Source: Polyangiales bacterium
GTDB lineage: Bacteria; Myxococcota_A; Polyangia; Polyangiales; Houyiibacteriaceae
Direction: 5' to 3'
Assembly: GCA_965227405.1 (NCBI GenBank)
Contig: OZ245758.1
Coordinates: 1,385,693 to 1,449,692, forward strand
DNA: 64,000 nucleotides
Position 1 is the stretch's first letter. Every line of letters starts with the position of its first letter. The notes beneath the pieces were generated by a model. That model made no database searches, was not told the origin of the DNA, and worked only from the letters and a program-made list of their open reading frames with translations. Positions 1 to 10,026 of this stretch are shown here, piece by piece. Made by a program: the position numbers and the translations under genes.

Positions 1-158
1 ATCGTCCCGTTGCAGGCTAGAACCAACGCCCAAACCGATACTCGCGACAGCCGCATGCTTTCGAAACTGCGGGATCTCAGCGCCAGCCACACTTTCGAAG
101 GTGGCGCGGGGACTTTCAAAGCTGGCGCGCGAACCGAATGCCTGCGTTTCGACTACGT

Positions 159-908
159 TTAACGACCGAAACGCACCGCTTCGACCACGCCAAACACGTC
201 GTCTTCGAGCGGCTTGTTGTCGTCGCGCAAGGTGAATGCGAGGGCCACGCCGACCCCTGCAGCCACCACAACCGCGACTACAGCCGCAATCCAGCCTCGA
301 CGCGGTGGAGGCGGTTCTTCCAGTCCAGGAAGCGGCTCGGGTTCGACAAGTTCAACGTGGACCTCAACAGTCTCACCGGGATTGATTTGCTGCTCCACGC
401 GACCGCGACGCGGCCCTGCCTCCGCGTCGAACACGTGCGCGCCTGGGTTGATCTCAAACGCTTCGCCCTGACGCACGATGCGTGGTTCCGCGTCGTCCAC
501 AGAAAGCGTCGCTTCTTCCGCATTCGTCCAGCGGATCGATACCCGCGCGATTTCCGACTGCGACACCTCCGACAAGAGCGTGGCGAGGGCACGCTGATCA
601 TCGCTTAGCTCGCCGAGCTCACCGGCGAGAATCCGCTCGCACAGCGCTACCGCTTGGATCGGCTCGCTGTTCGCTCGATGTGCAAGCGCCAAGTTGTAGC
701 CGGTTCCAATGCGTTCCACGATGCCAAACGACTCCGCCAGAAGCTCCTGCGCTTGACGAGGTCGACGCGCATCCAACGCCGCACGACCTGCGTTGAAAAG
801 CTCGCGGGCTCGTTCCAACGAGGCTTCGGGAATCGTGGCACTGTCGACGTCTTGTGCGCTCGCAACGGCGACGCACAGAAGCAACCCGAGCGATAGCAAG
901 GCGCGCAT
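159..908 (-). CDS. hypothetical secreted/membrane-anchored protein (N-terminal signal peptide, helical TPR-like region, C-terminal TM helix)
   Basis: The ORF starts MRALLSLGLLLCVAVASA, a signal peptide. The C-terminus has a hydrophobic stretch AAVVAVVVAAGVGVALAF. No recognizable catalytic motif. Confidence 0.45.
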   Translation of the reverse strand: MRALLSLGLLLCVAVASAQDVDSATIPEASLERARELFNAGRAALDARRPRQAQELLAESFGIVERIGTGYNLALAHRANSEPIQAVALCERILAGELGELSDDQRALATLLSEVSQSEIARVSIRWTNAEEATLSVDDAEPRIVRQGEAFEINPGAHVFDAEAGPRRGRVEQQINPGETVEVHVELVEPEPLPGLEEPPPPRRGWIAAVVAVVVAAGVGVALAFTLRDDNKPLEDDVFGVVEAVRFGR

Positions 909-2330
909 CTAGAAATCCCACGACATCGTGAAGTCCATGTCGGGCTGCATCATCGTCGGAGTCATTTCCGCGTCGCGCATTTCGGTGCCGCGCATCTCCA
1001 CTCGCATCCCACGCATCCTGGCTCGCATCGTGCGACGCATGGGCGTGGGCTCGACGACTTCGGGCGTTGTCGTATCCACCGCGGGAAACTCGACCGGTTG
1101 CGCCGGCGGTGGCTCCTCAAACTCGGGCACGTCTGCGACCACAGACGGTGCCGGTGGCTCGTCGGCCGATGTCGTGAAGTAGTACCCGCCCGCGGCGACA
1201 AGCAAGACCCCCGCAGCGGTCGCAAGCCAAGGCCACATGACGCGTCGCTCCGATGAAGGCGCGTCAAGAGCAGCCATGCCACGGCGCAGCAACGCCTCGG
1301 TTTCCGCACGCCGATCCGCAAACAACCCGTTGACGTACTCGCCGATGTCGAGCGGGCCTTCGATCGACGCGAGATCCGCGATCAGCATATCGAGCCGCAT
1401 GGCCACGTCATGACCCGTGCTCGGTCGCTTCTCCGGTTTCTTCGCCAGCAAGGAAAAGAGCAACGAGACAACTTCGTCGTCCACGTCTTCGCGTTCATCG
1501 CCGATGTCGGGTGTCGGTCCATAGAGCGCTTCGCGAGCTCCTTCGGCGCCGTCTCGGTTGGCATAGAGACGACGGGCGGCGAGCAACTCGAAGAGCACCA
1601 CACCCAACGAATAGAGATCGGAACGACGATCGGGTTCTTGGTAGAGCAATTGCTCGGGCGACATGTAACCAAACTTGCCTTTCAGGGTGCCCGTCACCGT
1701 CTTGCTGCGACGGCCTAGCGCCTTCGCGACGCCAAAATCCGTCACGCGAACGGAGCCATCGAACCCCAAGAGCACGTTTTGCGGAGAGACATCCCGGTGG
1801 ACCAACTGAAGGGCACTGCCGTCGTGCCCCGTCAGTTCGTGTGCGGCGTGGAGTCCGCGCGCCACGGCAGCGGCGATTCGAAGCGCGATCTGCACCGGAA
1901 CGCGTGCGCGTTGTTCACGAACCCGCTTGAGCAGCTGACCCACCGAAACGCCTTCGATGTAGTCCATCACGAGGAACGGCCCTTGCGCGTCCTCGCCCAC
2001 ATCGATCACGCCCACGACGTTCGGATGCGAGATGAGGCCAGCGATTCGAGCTTCGTCCATGAACATCGAACGAAACGCTTCGTCGGTACGCAGCGTCGGG
2101 TGCAATCGCTTCAGCGCATACGCGCGCGTGAAGTCTCCTTCTTGCCGCATCGCGAGGTAGACGCGACCCATCCCACCCGCGGCGATCTCCGCGACCGAAG
2201 TGTATCGCTGAGTCGAAGCATCACGCGGCACGCAAAACGACGATATCACGAGGCTGGTTGGCGGTACCCTTGGACGGTGAGTGATCCCTTTGAGCTCGCG
2301 TCTCTTGGAAACTTCGATGCTGCTGAGCAC
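909..2330 (-). CDS. Hanks-type Ser/Thr protein kinase with C-terminal TM segment and Met/Arg-rich extracytoplasmic tail
   Basis: Gly-loop GGMGRVY; conserved Lys in YALKRL; catalytic loop HRDVSPQN; DFGVAK; GYMSPEQ. The TM is LATAAGVLLVAAGGYYF, followed by an MR-rich tail. The start is uncertain: an alternative GTG at 2249 is in frame, and the ORF overlaps a divergent ORF. Confidence 0.85.
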   Translation of the reverse strand: MLSSIEVSKRRELKGITHRPRVPPTSLVISSFCVPRDASTQRYTSVAEIAAGGMGRVYLAMRQEGDFTRAYALKRLHPTLRTDEAFRSMFMDEARIAGLISHPNVVGVIDVGEDAQGPFLVMDYIEGVSVGQLLKRVREQRARVPVQIALRIAAAVARGLHAAHELTGHDGSALQLVHRDVSPQNVLLGFDGSVRVTDFGVAKALGRRSKTVTGTLKGKFGYMSPEQLLYQEPDRRSDLYSLGVVLFELLAARRLYANRDGAEGAREALYGPTPDIGDEREDVDDEVVSLLFSLLAKKPEKRPSTGHDVAMRLDMLIADLASIEGPLDIGEYVNGLFADRRAETEALLRRGMAALDAPSSERRVMWPWLATAAGVLLVAAGGYYFTTSADEPPAPSVVADVPEFEEPPPAQPVEFPAVDTTTPEVVEPTPMRRTMRARMRGMRVEMRGTEMRDAEMTPTMMQPDMDFTMSWDF

Positions 2331-3749
2331 GCACTCACAAACCTCCCCGCGAACCGGCTGAGTCGACTTCGGCTAGACCTGCTTCGCGAGCTCGCGGGAG
2401 CCGCCAACACGCGGGTCGAAGCCGACGAACTCCATGCGCACGTCGTCGGTAACGAAGGCGTCGAAGCACTTGCGACGTTCGGTCGACGCGCGGTGCTCGA
2501 GGGCGACGTGACGTCGTTGAAGTGGGCGCTCGAGCGACAGCAGAGCTTGGGCGTCGATGACACCAATCTTGCCTGGCGCACGACTCGTTTGTGGTGGCAG
2601 CTCGCTACTGGCGCGCCAGACGTCGACGACGCAGTCTCCGCAGAAGCGCTTGCCGTGCAGAAACGCGACGCGTCACGAGTTGTCGAAACCGCCACGTTGC
2701 GGGCGTGGTTTCTGCTGGAGCACGAGGACGAAGCGGCGACAAAGATGGTTCGCCGCGCCTCACGCATGGCGAGTACCGAGAGTCGTCCCCAAGAGGAGTA
2801 CCTTGCGCACACTCTCTTGGCCCGATTGCGGCGCACGGAACTTCGACCGCATCTGGCGCTTCGAATCGTGCGCTCGCTTCAAGAGGTTGCGCCGCCGATC
2901 TGGACACAGTGGTTGGCGTGGGAGTCTGAACTCGCGGGCAACAACGCCAACCTAGGTGTCGTGGCGATCGCGCAAGCGAGTCATCAGCGTACCGCGTTCG
3001 ACCAGGCTCGAAACGCGCTCGCCATGTCGTTTGCTCCCTGGCGCGAAGACGTGGATGCGCTTGTCGGTGCGCTGGACCTTCACGCCGAAGCCAACGATGC
3101 GGTTCAAGCGTGGCGACGTGGCACTCGCCCACATCCCCCGCGCGGCGTGCATTCGGTGTGTCTCGCGCTACCGGACGAAGACTCGACACTCGCCTACGTG
3201 CTGGCACCGGCCAAGGGACCCGCCGGACGCGTGCTTCGCCCGGGGCTTCGACTCGTCGATGTGGACGCTCTCCATCAACTTAAACAAAGCCAGCGCAAAC
3301 GGGGCCGTGTCGAAACCGCTGCGGCAGCACTCGCGCTCCACCCCAAGGGCATGGCCGAAGACGAGCTCTTCAGCGCGGTTTATGGCTTCGACCACGAAGA
3401 GGGTGTGCACGATGGGGTGCTCGACCTCGTCCTGCACCGTCTGCGCAAAGAACTCGGGGAAGACGGCTCGGTCACCCGCACCGCCAGTCGCGTGTCGATG
3501 ACGCATCGTGGGTTGCTCATCCCCGACCCACGGTGTTCGCTCCCCGTCGACAACCGAGTGTTGGCGGAACTCGCACGCAAACGTGCCAGTGCGAACGAAC
3601 TCGCGGCAGCACTCGAGCTACCGCTGAGGACCGTACAGCGCGTCCTCAAGCGTTTGGCGATGGACGGAGCATGCCTCAAAGAGCGTGAAGGTCGCGCCGT
3701 CGTCTACCGCGTCGAAGACACCACGTTCTCCGAGCCCACGCACCACTAG
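2277..3749 (+). CDS. transcriptional regulator with C-terminal OmpR/PhoB-type winged-helix and a terminal wHTH; N-terminal helical domain of unknown function
   Basis: The C-terminal segment ELFSAVYGFDHEE...LDLVLHRLRKEL resembles the OmpR trans_reg_C recognition helix/wing. A further HTH-like LRTVQRVLKRLAMDG sits at the end. The ORF is open from 1779, but the 5' part lies antisense to the kinase, so the start is placed at the first plausible GTG (2277). Start poorly defined. Confidence 0.45.
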   Translation: MSDPFELASLGNFDAAEHALTNLPANRLSRLRLDLLRELAGAANTRVEADELHAHVVGNEGVEALATFGRRAVLEGDVTSLKWALERQQSLGVDDTNLAWRTTRLWWQLATGAPDVDDAVSAEALAVQKRDASRVVETATLRAWFLLEHEDEAATKMVRRASRMASTESRPQEEYLAHTLLARLRRTELRPHLALRIVRSLQEVAPPIWTQWLAWESELAGNNANLGVVAIAQASHQRTAFDQARNALAMSFAPWREDVDALVGALDLHAEANDAVQAWRRGTRPHPPRGVHSVCLALPDEDSTLAYVLAPAKGPAGRVLRPGLRLVDVDALHQLKQSQRKRGRVETAAAALALHPKGMAEDELFSAVYGFDHEEGVHDGVLDLVLHRLRKELGEDGSVTRTASRVSMTHRGLLIPDPRCSLPVDNRVLAELARKRASANELAAALELPLRTVQRVLKRLAMDGACLKEREGRAVVYRVEDTTFSEPTHH

Positions 3750-5407
3750 ACATCATCAAAGCAAACACGACTTGGGGCGCTTCGATCACCGGTGTCGCCG
3801 GTCCCGAGCTGACCTCGTTCGTTGGCTCCCCAACAATACAAGCGCCGTTGCGCGTCGATTGCGCACGTGTGATCGCGATCCACAACAACATTCTGCCAAT
3901 TGCCGGGAACTCGTTGCGGCACAAACGTGCGCTCATCCACCGTCGCTGCGAGCTGTCCCCGCGCGTTGGAACCAAACGTGTACAACTCGCCGGTGACCAA
4001 AAGCACCGCGCTGTGCGACGCGCCCGCGGCCACTTCGAGCGCATCGATCGTGTCGGTAAGTTCGAGCGACTCATACCCCACGATGTCTTCGAACGGTTGC
4101 GCGCACTGACCATCGCGATTGCTTCCCCGACACGCAACTTCGCCGTTCATCCCGAAGTAGCAGGTGTGGCCTTCGCCGGCGGCTAGACCCGGAATCGACG
4201 CGCGCCCTGTGCTTTGAGTCGGTGCACAAATCACGTCGTCTGCGGGGTCGCTGGTGATCTGTCGCAAACTGTTGCTGCCCCAACAGCGCACGATCCCTGA
4301 GAACGCTGCGCACGCATGCGAGGCACCCGCAGACAGGTTTTCGATGCCGACTCCGGAGCGAACGGTCATCGGAGTGTCGCGCGATCCGCTGCAATCGAGT
4401 CCGAGTTGCCCGAGTCGGTCGCTTCCCCAGCAGGAGAGCTCGTCATCCGAGGACACGCACGTAAAGTCATCTCCGGTCGCCACGCGGAGCACATCACCAA
4501 TCTCTGGTTCGACAGGTGCCGGTGCCACGCCACCGTCACGTCCGAGCTGTCCTGCGTCGTCGGATCCCCAACACAGCAGCCGATTCGATTCGTCCACGGC
4601 ACAACCATGGCGGTCGCCAAGATCGATCGCGTTGAAGAGAGGAATCTGGCTCGCCGTGGGAACAAGAACGTCATCGCCAGGTTCGATTCCCAGTTGCCCC
4701 GCGTCGTTTTGTCCCATGCACAACACCTCGCGTTCACCGGACTCGCGGATGACGCGCGCGCACGTAGAGGCACGCCCCGCACCGACCGCATCAACGCGAA
4801 CGGACGAGACACATGCGCCGGCTTCACAGCGATCTCCTGCGCAGGGTCCGCACCGGGTACCGAAAGGCACATCGACACATGCACCCGCCTCGCAGGTTTG
4901 ACACTCGGAGCACGCGTCGCAGGCATCCGGCATATCGGGGCACGCGGCGGCCAAACTGCGTCGATCGACGACGGCGGGGTCCACACGGGTCGAATCGCAC
5001 CGGCCTGCGCCGTCGACGACAGTGCATCCCGAGCCCTCCGGGCAAGCGACATCGATGCAAGCGTCGCGAAAGCGAAGTGGGATCGAGAGCAGCGACCCGT
5101 CGTCAAAACCACCACGCAGCTCCACTCGCGAAAACGTTCCAGCATCGTCGAGCAACTCCGCAACAACTTGAAACCTGCGTGATGCGTCGTTGTCTTGGGG
5201 AACCAGAGGGATGCCTCGTAGCTCCGAAAATTCCGCGTTTGGAACCTCTCGCTCAAGGACGACGCCACCACCGTTATCGAGAACGCGCACACGCAACGCG
5301 GTCGCACGCTCAGCACTCTCTGGACCGAGGTACAGGCACACCACCGTTTGCGTGACCGGTGAGCTGCACGACCAAAGAGTCGCAACGACAACAAGCAAGC
5401 GCGTCAT
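3746..5407 (-). CDS. secreted RCC1 (regulator of chromosome condensation)-repeat beta-propeller protein with Cys-rich N-terminal region
   Basis: Repeated motifs [41 protein letters not shown], typical of RCC1/ATS1 repeats. The start is taken at [16 protein letters not shown] (signal/lipoprotein-like) rather than the upstream Met. Confidence 0.75.
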   Translation of the reverse strand: MTRLLVVVATLWSCSSPVTQTVVCLYLGPESAERATALRVRVLDNGGGVVLEREVPNAEFSELRGIPLVPQDNDASRRFQVVAELLDDAGTFSRVELRGGFDDGSLLSIPLRFRDACIDVACPEGSGCTVVDGAGRCDSTRVDPAVVDRRSLAAACPDMPDACDACSECQTCEAGACVDVPFGTRCGPCAGDRCEAGACVSSVRVDAVGAGRASTCARVIRESGEREVLCMGQNDAGQLGIEPGDDVLVPTASQIPLFNAIDLGDRHGCAVDESNRLLCWGSDDAGQLGRDGGVAPAPVEPEIGDVLRVATGDDFTCVSSDDELSCWGSDRLGQLGLDCSGSRDTPMTVRSGVGIENLSAGASHACAAFSGIVRCWGSNSLRQITSDPADDVICAPTQSTGRASIPGLAAGEGHTCYFGMNGEVACRGSNRDGQCAQPFEDIVGYESLELTDTIDALEVAAGASHSAVLLVTGELYTFGSNARGQLAATVDERTFVPQRVPGNWQNVVVDRDHTCAIDAQRRLYCWGANERGQLGTGDTGDRSAPSRVCFDDV

Positions 5408-5553
5408 CGAACTGGTGAGCGTGTACCACGATCGCTGCTCAACCGACGGCTCCACACTACGCACAAGCGTAGGCTGCACCCCACGCCGACATCCTCAAAC
5501 CCTTGCAGAACCAGCAAAAACCGCAGGGCCCGTCGCTTGCAAAGGATCTCCCG

Positions 5554-5560
5554 AGGAGGT
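5554..5560 (+). promoter_or_regulatory. Shine-Dalgarno (GAGGAGG) for aqpZ
   Basis: GAGGAGGT lies 5 nt upstream of the ATG at 5565. Confidence 0.55.
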
Positions 5561-5564
5561 GCGG

Positions 5565-6275
5565 ATGAGTCTCGGTAAGCGCGCAGCAGCGGAAGTTTTC
5601 GGAACGTTCTGGCTTGTGTTTGGTGGCTGCGGAAGCGCGGTGCTGGCGGCCGCGTTCCCGACCGCAGAGTCCAACTTGGGCATCGGTCTGGTGGGCGTCT
5701 CGTTCGCATTTGGTCTCACCGTACTCACCATGGCCTACGCCATTGGACACATCTCGGGTTGTCACCTCAATCCCGCCGTCACGCTCGGCTTGGTCGCAGG
5801 CAAACGTCATCCGGCCAACGAAGCGCTTCCCTACATCATCGCGCAGGTCGTCGGCGGAGCCATCGGCGCGGCAGCGCTCTATCTGATCGCAACGGGCAAG
5901 CCCGGATTCGAGCTCGGTGGGTTTGCGACCAACGGCTTTGGTGAACAGTCGCCCGGTCAGTACAGCATGGTCGCTGCACTCGCGGCCGAAGTCATCCTCA
6001 CGTTCATGTTCCTGCTCATCATCATGGGCGCCACCGACAAACGCGCGCCGGCTGGCTTTGCACCGATTGCGATTGGCTTGGGCCTCACCCTCATTCATCT
6101 GATCGGCATTCCGGTAACGAACCTCTCGGTCAACCCGGCGCGCAGCACGGGCCCGGCACTCTTCGTCGGAGGCGAGGCGCTCACCCAACTCTGGCTCTTC
6201 TGGGTCGCACCCATTGTCGGCGGCGTACTCGGCGGAATCGCCTACCACACGCTCTTCCGCGACAACGACGAGTAA
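5565..6275 (+). CDS. aqpZ: aquaporin Z (MIP family water channel)
   Basis: Two NPA boxes (HLNPAVT, SVNPARS) and six TM segments. N-terminus [29 protein letters not shown] matches AqpZ. Strong RBS. The upstream 5190-5564 portion of the ORF is a non-coding extension. Confidence 0.95.
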   Translation: MSLGKRAAAEVFGTFWLVFGGCGSAVLAAAFPTAESNLGIGLVGVSFAFGLTVLTMAYAIGHISGCHLNPAVTLGLVAGKRHPANEALPYIIAQVVGGAIGAAALYLIATGKPGFELGGFATNGFGEQSPGQYSMVAALAAEVILTFMFLLIIMGATDKRAPAGFAPIAIGLGLTLIHLIGIPVTNLSVNPARSTGPALFVGGEALTQLWLFWVAPIVGGVLGGIAYHTLFRDNDE

Positions 6276-6279
6276 GGAG

Positions 6280-7362
6280 TCAGCGCGGTCGAACGGGGAT
6301 CATCATGCACTCCCCAGTGTTGTAGCTAACGCCATCGCTTCGCGAGACCTCGCTGTTGCCGCCGAAGTTCAACACGCCACCGCCCCACTGAAACTCACTG
6401 TCGGTAAACGCCAGCATCAGACACATCTCTTGGTCGCCGATGCCGTAGCCCACGTCTTCGCTGCGCGGGTTGTCGTAGACACACGTCACTCGTATCCCGT
6501 CTGCGCCATTCAGTTCCAAGGGCGGATCAAACCCTTCGCCGAGGGGATCACCAACCGAAGACCGCGTCTCCCACAGAATCTCTCCGTCGCGCTCTCCACC
6601 GATGAGTTCCAAACGCATCCCGACACCAAGCTCATGATAGTGGGGCAACACGTAGTAGAGCTTGAAGTCGATCGGTTCGCCCGACGCCCCACCGAAGTCG
6701 CAGTCCATCGAAAACTCGGCCCCCATGCGCGCTGGAATCTCCAGGTCGAGATAGTCGAACGCTAAACCGTTGAGCCGCGTGGTGACCGACTCTTCGGGAA
6801 TCGTCACGATGTCCATCTCGGCTTCGATCTCGAGATCATCAGGCGTGATGTTCAAGAGGTGGATGTCGGCGACAATCACCGCGTCGGGTGGGATGCGAAG
6901 CGCAGTCCCCGGTGCAAACACCTGGTCGTCGGTCTCCGATTGCGTGGACTGCGCAAAGAGCACGCCGCCTTCGACACTTGCTCTCAGCGTGTCAAAGCCG
7001 CGCGCACGGCAGGGATGCACTCCGTCCTCTCCCTCGAACGTGGAGGGACGCACGTGAAACCAGTTGCTGTGGTGGATGCCTGCAGACGACCGCAGGTGCA
7101 CCGCGTTCACCCACAAGGTCTCTTCGTTATGCAGCGACCAAAAGAAGCACGTGTTGGCGTTCTCCTGACCGACGCCGAGTTCGATCGGACCCAAGCTGGT
7201 GGAGAAGGTCTCGCCCATCGCAGGAACAGAAGTATCGACTCCGACATCCTCGTCCGAGCCGCTGTCGATGGACGCGTCCGTTCCAGGACCGCTATCCGGA
7301 TCAACCGCGTCGTCCGTTACGCAACCTGCGAAGAGGAGCGCACAACACACTCGCCACACCAC
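6280..7362 (-). CDS. hypothetical lipoprotein (acidic, secreted)
   Basis: Lipobox LLFAGC at the N-terminus. Asp/Ser-rich linker. No recognized domain. Confidence 0.5.
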   Translation of the reverse strand: MVWRVCCALLFAGCVTDDAVDPDSGPGTDASIDSGSDEDVGVDTSVPAMGETFSTSLGPIELGVGQENANTCFFWSLHNEETLWVNAVHLRSSAGIHHSNWFHVRPSTFEGEDGVHPCRARGFDTLRASVEGGVLFAQSTQSETDDQVFAPGTALRIPPDAVIVADIHLLNITPDDLEIEAEMDIVTIPEESVTTRLNGLAFDYLDLEIPARMGAEFSMDCDFGGASGEPIDFKLYYVLPHYHELGVGMRLELIGGERDGEILWETRSSVGDPLGEGFDPPLELNGADGIRVTCVYDNPRSEDVGYGIGDQEMCLMLAFTDSEFQWGGGVLNFGGNSEVSRSDGVSYNTGECMMIPVRPR

Positions 7363-7421
7363 GAATTGAGCCTAGCAGAAATCACTTTCCGGTTCCCTCG
7401 ACGTCCACTAGCGTTTTGACA

Positions 7422-7805
7422 ATGGACGGGTCCTGGCCAGTCGTTTTAGTCGCAGAGGACGACGAAGCGCTTCGAAAGATGGTGGGGCACTTCCTCGCGG
7501 ACATCGCCGAAGTTCACCTCGCGTCGGACGGTCGGGCTGCACTCCAGTGGCTGCAATCGCGCGACACTCCGCCGGATCTGCTGATCACCGACTTGATGAT
7601 GCCTGGCCTCGACGGGCTCACCCTGGTGCAGCAGATGAAGAAAGACGACAAGCTCAAGCGCACGCCGGTCATCATGCTCACCGCAAAAGATCGCCCCACC
7701 GACGTCGTGACGGGAATCAATGCGGGCGCCAGGCATTACATCACCAAGCCTTTCAAACGAGATGAGCTCGTGAGCAAGGTCAAGAAGGTGTTGCGACTCG
7801 ACTGA
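7422..7805 (+). CDS. single-domain CheY-like response regulator (receiver domain only)
   Basis: VLVAEDDE..., phospho-acceptor Asp in LLITDLMMPGLDG, conserved T/K (VIMLTAK, ITKPF). The ATG at 7422 follows an ORF extension from 6888 that overlaps the antisense lipoprotein gene. Confidence 0.9.
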   Translation: MDGSWPVVLVAEDDEALRKMVGHFLADIAEVHLASDGRAALQWLQSRDTPPDLLITDLMMPGLDGLTLVQQMKKDDKLKRTPVIMLTAKDRPTDVVTGINAGARHYITKPFKRDELVSKVKKVLRLD

Positions 7806-7825
7806 TGGTGTCGACGGACTGACGG

Positions 7826-9430
7826 ATGGCGTCAAAACGCCGCAAGAAGAAAAAGAAGCCCGACACCCCCGCGTTACCGCCGCGGGTTCGGTGGGGGAAT
7901 CTGTTGTTGGCGTCGCTCGGCGGCGTGATGCAGTGCCTCGGCTTTGCAGGCTGGAGTTGGTGGCCCTTCGCACTCATCTGCTGGCTACCCATGTTCTGGA
8001 TTCTCGAAACCGAACCGAACATGACCGGCAAGCGAGCGTTTCGCCTGGGTCTCGCACACGGGTTCGTGGGCTACACCGGCGGGTACTACTGGTTGGTCGA
8101 CATGCTGGAGAATTTCTCCGGTTACGAGGGCATCCCCAACTGGTTCTTCGGCAGCGTGTTCTTCCTCTATCACGGCTGCCAACAGGCATTTATCTACGCG
8201 CTGTACCACCGCATCCATCGACGCGGTTGGCCCCGCATGCTCGCGGCCATTGCGGCGCTGCTCACGCTCGAGATCGCCTTCCCGGTCCTGTTCCCAGCGT
8301 TTCTTTCCACCGGGTTCCACAACGTTCCAATCTTCATTCAAACGGCAGACTTTGCCGGGCCCATGTTCGCGAGTGCGGTGGTGATGTCGATCAACGTCGC
8401 TCTCTACGAGATGTGGAAGTGGCGCAAAACACGCATCTTGCCCAAACGCGACCTGATGATTGCGATCGGCTCGCTCGTGTTCTCGCTCGGCTACGGCGCG
8501 TACCGGATGGCGAACATTGATGCGCGCGCCGAGGCCGCACCCACGCTTGAAGTGGGAACGGTGCAGGTCAACATGGGCATCTTCGAGAAGCGCGAAGAGC
8601 CTTTTGAAGGCCACCGACGTCACCTGCGTCAGAGCCAGTTGCTTGAGCGCAACCATCCCGACCTCGATCTGCTGGTGTGGCCCGAAAGCGCGTACACATT
8701 TTTCCTTCCCGAAAGCATGACCAACGTGAAGGAGCGCGTGCTCGGTCCTGTGTCGACACCCACCTTGTTTGGAGGCCTGACGCGTCGGCAAGGCGAGAGT
8801 CGAATGGAGGCGTTCAACACCGCGTTCCTGACCGACGCCGACGGCGAGATCGTCGGCACGTACGACAAGACCTATCTGCTGATGTTCGGCGAGTACCTGC
8901 CCTTTGGAGACACCTTCCCGGTGCTCTACGAGTACTCGCCCAACTCCGGTCGGTTCACTCCGGGCGACCATGTGCGTCCCTTGGTCTTGCCGCACCCCGA
9001 GCACGGCGACGTACGCATGAGCACGCTGGTTTGCTACGAAGATGTGTTGCCGCGGTTCACGCGAAGTGCGGTTCGAGAAGGCAATCCCCACCTTTTGGTG
9101 AACATCACCAACGACTCGTGGTTTGGGGACACCCAAGAACCGTGGATTCACCTGGCTCTCGCTAAGTTTCGAGCGATCGAGCACCACCGCGCGCTTGTGC
9201 GGTCGACCAACAGTGGAGTCAGCGCGTTCGTCGATCCTGTGGGCCGCGTGATCGACACCATCGGGGTGGAAGAGCAAGGCCAATCGACGGCGGAGCTACC
9301 CCTACTGGATGGTTGGACGCCCTACCAAACGCTTGGCGACTGGCCCGGCTGGGCGGGACTCGGTCTCGCGTTTTGGTTCGGATTTGTGGGGCGTCGTAAA
9401 GAAGACGAGAGCGCGCCCGCCGACGCCTAG
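7826..9430 (+). CDS. lnt: apolipoprotein N-acyltransferase
   Basis: N-terminal multi-TM region plus a CN-hydrolase domain with the E-K-C triad context (LLVWPESA; TYDKTYLLMFGEYLP; LVCYEDVLP) and LLVNITNDSWFG. Confidence 0.9.
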   Translation: MASKRRKKKKKPDTPALPPRVRWGNLLLASLGGVMQCLGFAGWSWWPFALICWLPMFWILETEPNMTGKRAFRLGLAHGFVGYTGGYYWLVDMLENFSGYEGIPNWFFGSVFFLYHGCQQAFIYALYHRIHRRGWPRMLAAIAALLTLEIAFPVLFPAFLSTGFHNVPIFIQTADFAGPMFASAVVMSINVALYEMWKWRKTRILPKRDLMIAIGSLVFSLGYGAYRMANIDARAEAAPTLEVGTVQVNMGIFEKREEPFEGHRRHLRQSQLLERNHPDLDLLVWPESAYTFFLPESMTNVKERVLGPVSTPTLFGGLTRRQGESRMEAFNTAFLTDADGEIVGTYDKTYLLMFGEYLPFGDTFPVLYEYSPNSGRFTPGDHVRPLVLPHPEHGDVRMSTLVCYEDVLPRFTRSAVREGNPHLLVNITNDSWFGDTQEPWIHLALAKFRAIEHHRALVRSTNSGVSAFVDPVGRVIDTIGVEEQGQSTAELPLLDGWTPYQTLGDWPGWAGLGLAFWFGFVGRRKEDESAPADA

Positions 9431-9452
9431 AGTCGTGCTCCGCCCTGCTCCG

Positions 9453-9953
9453 CTAGAGCCCCTGCTCCGCGCCACCGTCCAACATCAACTCGGCTTCCTC
9501 GACCACCGACGCATCGCTCACGCGTACTTTTGTTCGCGTGCCTCGCTCCGGTTCATCTTCGTCGGTGTTGTCGAGTTCGATCAATGTTCCGAACACCGCA
9601 CTGACCGCCGTCACGAAGAGCAGTGGAACTTCGGTCCACGCGGTTCCCGACTCGACGCCGGGAATCGCAAAGGGAAGTTCGAAACTGCCCCACTTCGAAC
9701 TGACCCAGTAGATCAACGCGCCCACGCCCAAGCCAGCAACAGCCTTGAGCAAGCTTTCGATCCACGCGGCTTGTTTCCACGGTGGCTTTCCAACCAGGAT
9801 CCCTGCAGTCGCTCCTGCACCCATCGCGAGGAGGTAACCGAGTAAGCCGCTGGCGATCGTCCAACCGAGGCCAAAATGGAGCCCGGCACCGACCGCACCT
9901 CCGATCAACACCCCTTTGACCAACCCCATGACCAGACGCTTGAGCACGATCAC
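9453..9953 (-). CDS. hypothetical multi-pass membrane protein
   Basis: Four predicted hydrophobic helices rich in Gly/Ala; acidic C-terminal tail. Confidence 0.45.
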   Translation of the reverse strand: MIVLKRLVMGLVKGVLIGGAVGAGLHFGLGWTIASGLLGYLLAMGAGATAGILVGKPPWKQAAWIESLLKAVAGLGVGALIYWVSSKWGSFELPFAIPGVESGTAWTEVPLLFVTAVSAVFGTLIELDNTDEDEPERGTRTKVRVSDASVVEEAELMLDGGAEQGL

Positions 9954-10026
9954 CTCTTTCGATTGTTGCTACCTGTGGAGAGTTCCCTGACTTGGGGAAT
10001 ACGCGCAAACCCCTCGAGAGATTTCA

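Noticed and set aside
138-608. 156-aa + strand ORF
   Set aside because: Lies entirely antisense to the signal-peptide-bearing gene 159-908. Arg-rich composition is typical of a spurious reverse-frame ORF in high-GC DNA.
1779-2276. 5' portion of the 656-aa ORF 1779-3749
   Set aside because: This part overlaps the well-supported kinase gene on the opposite strand. Only the portion from about 2277 is treated as coding.
5190-5564. N-terminal 125-aa extension of the aqpZ ORF
   Set aside because: AqpZ homology and a strong GGAGG RBS begin at ATG 5565. The extension overlaps the RCC1 gene and intergenic region.
7985-9283. 432-aa minus-strand ORF
   Set aside because: Antisense to lnt, whose homology is unambiguous. 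His/Arg-rich shadow ORF.
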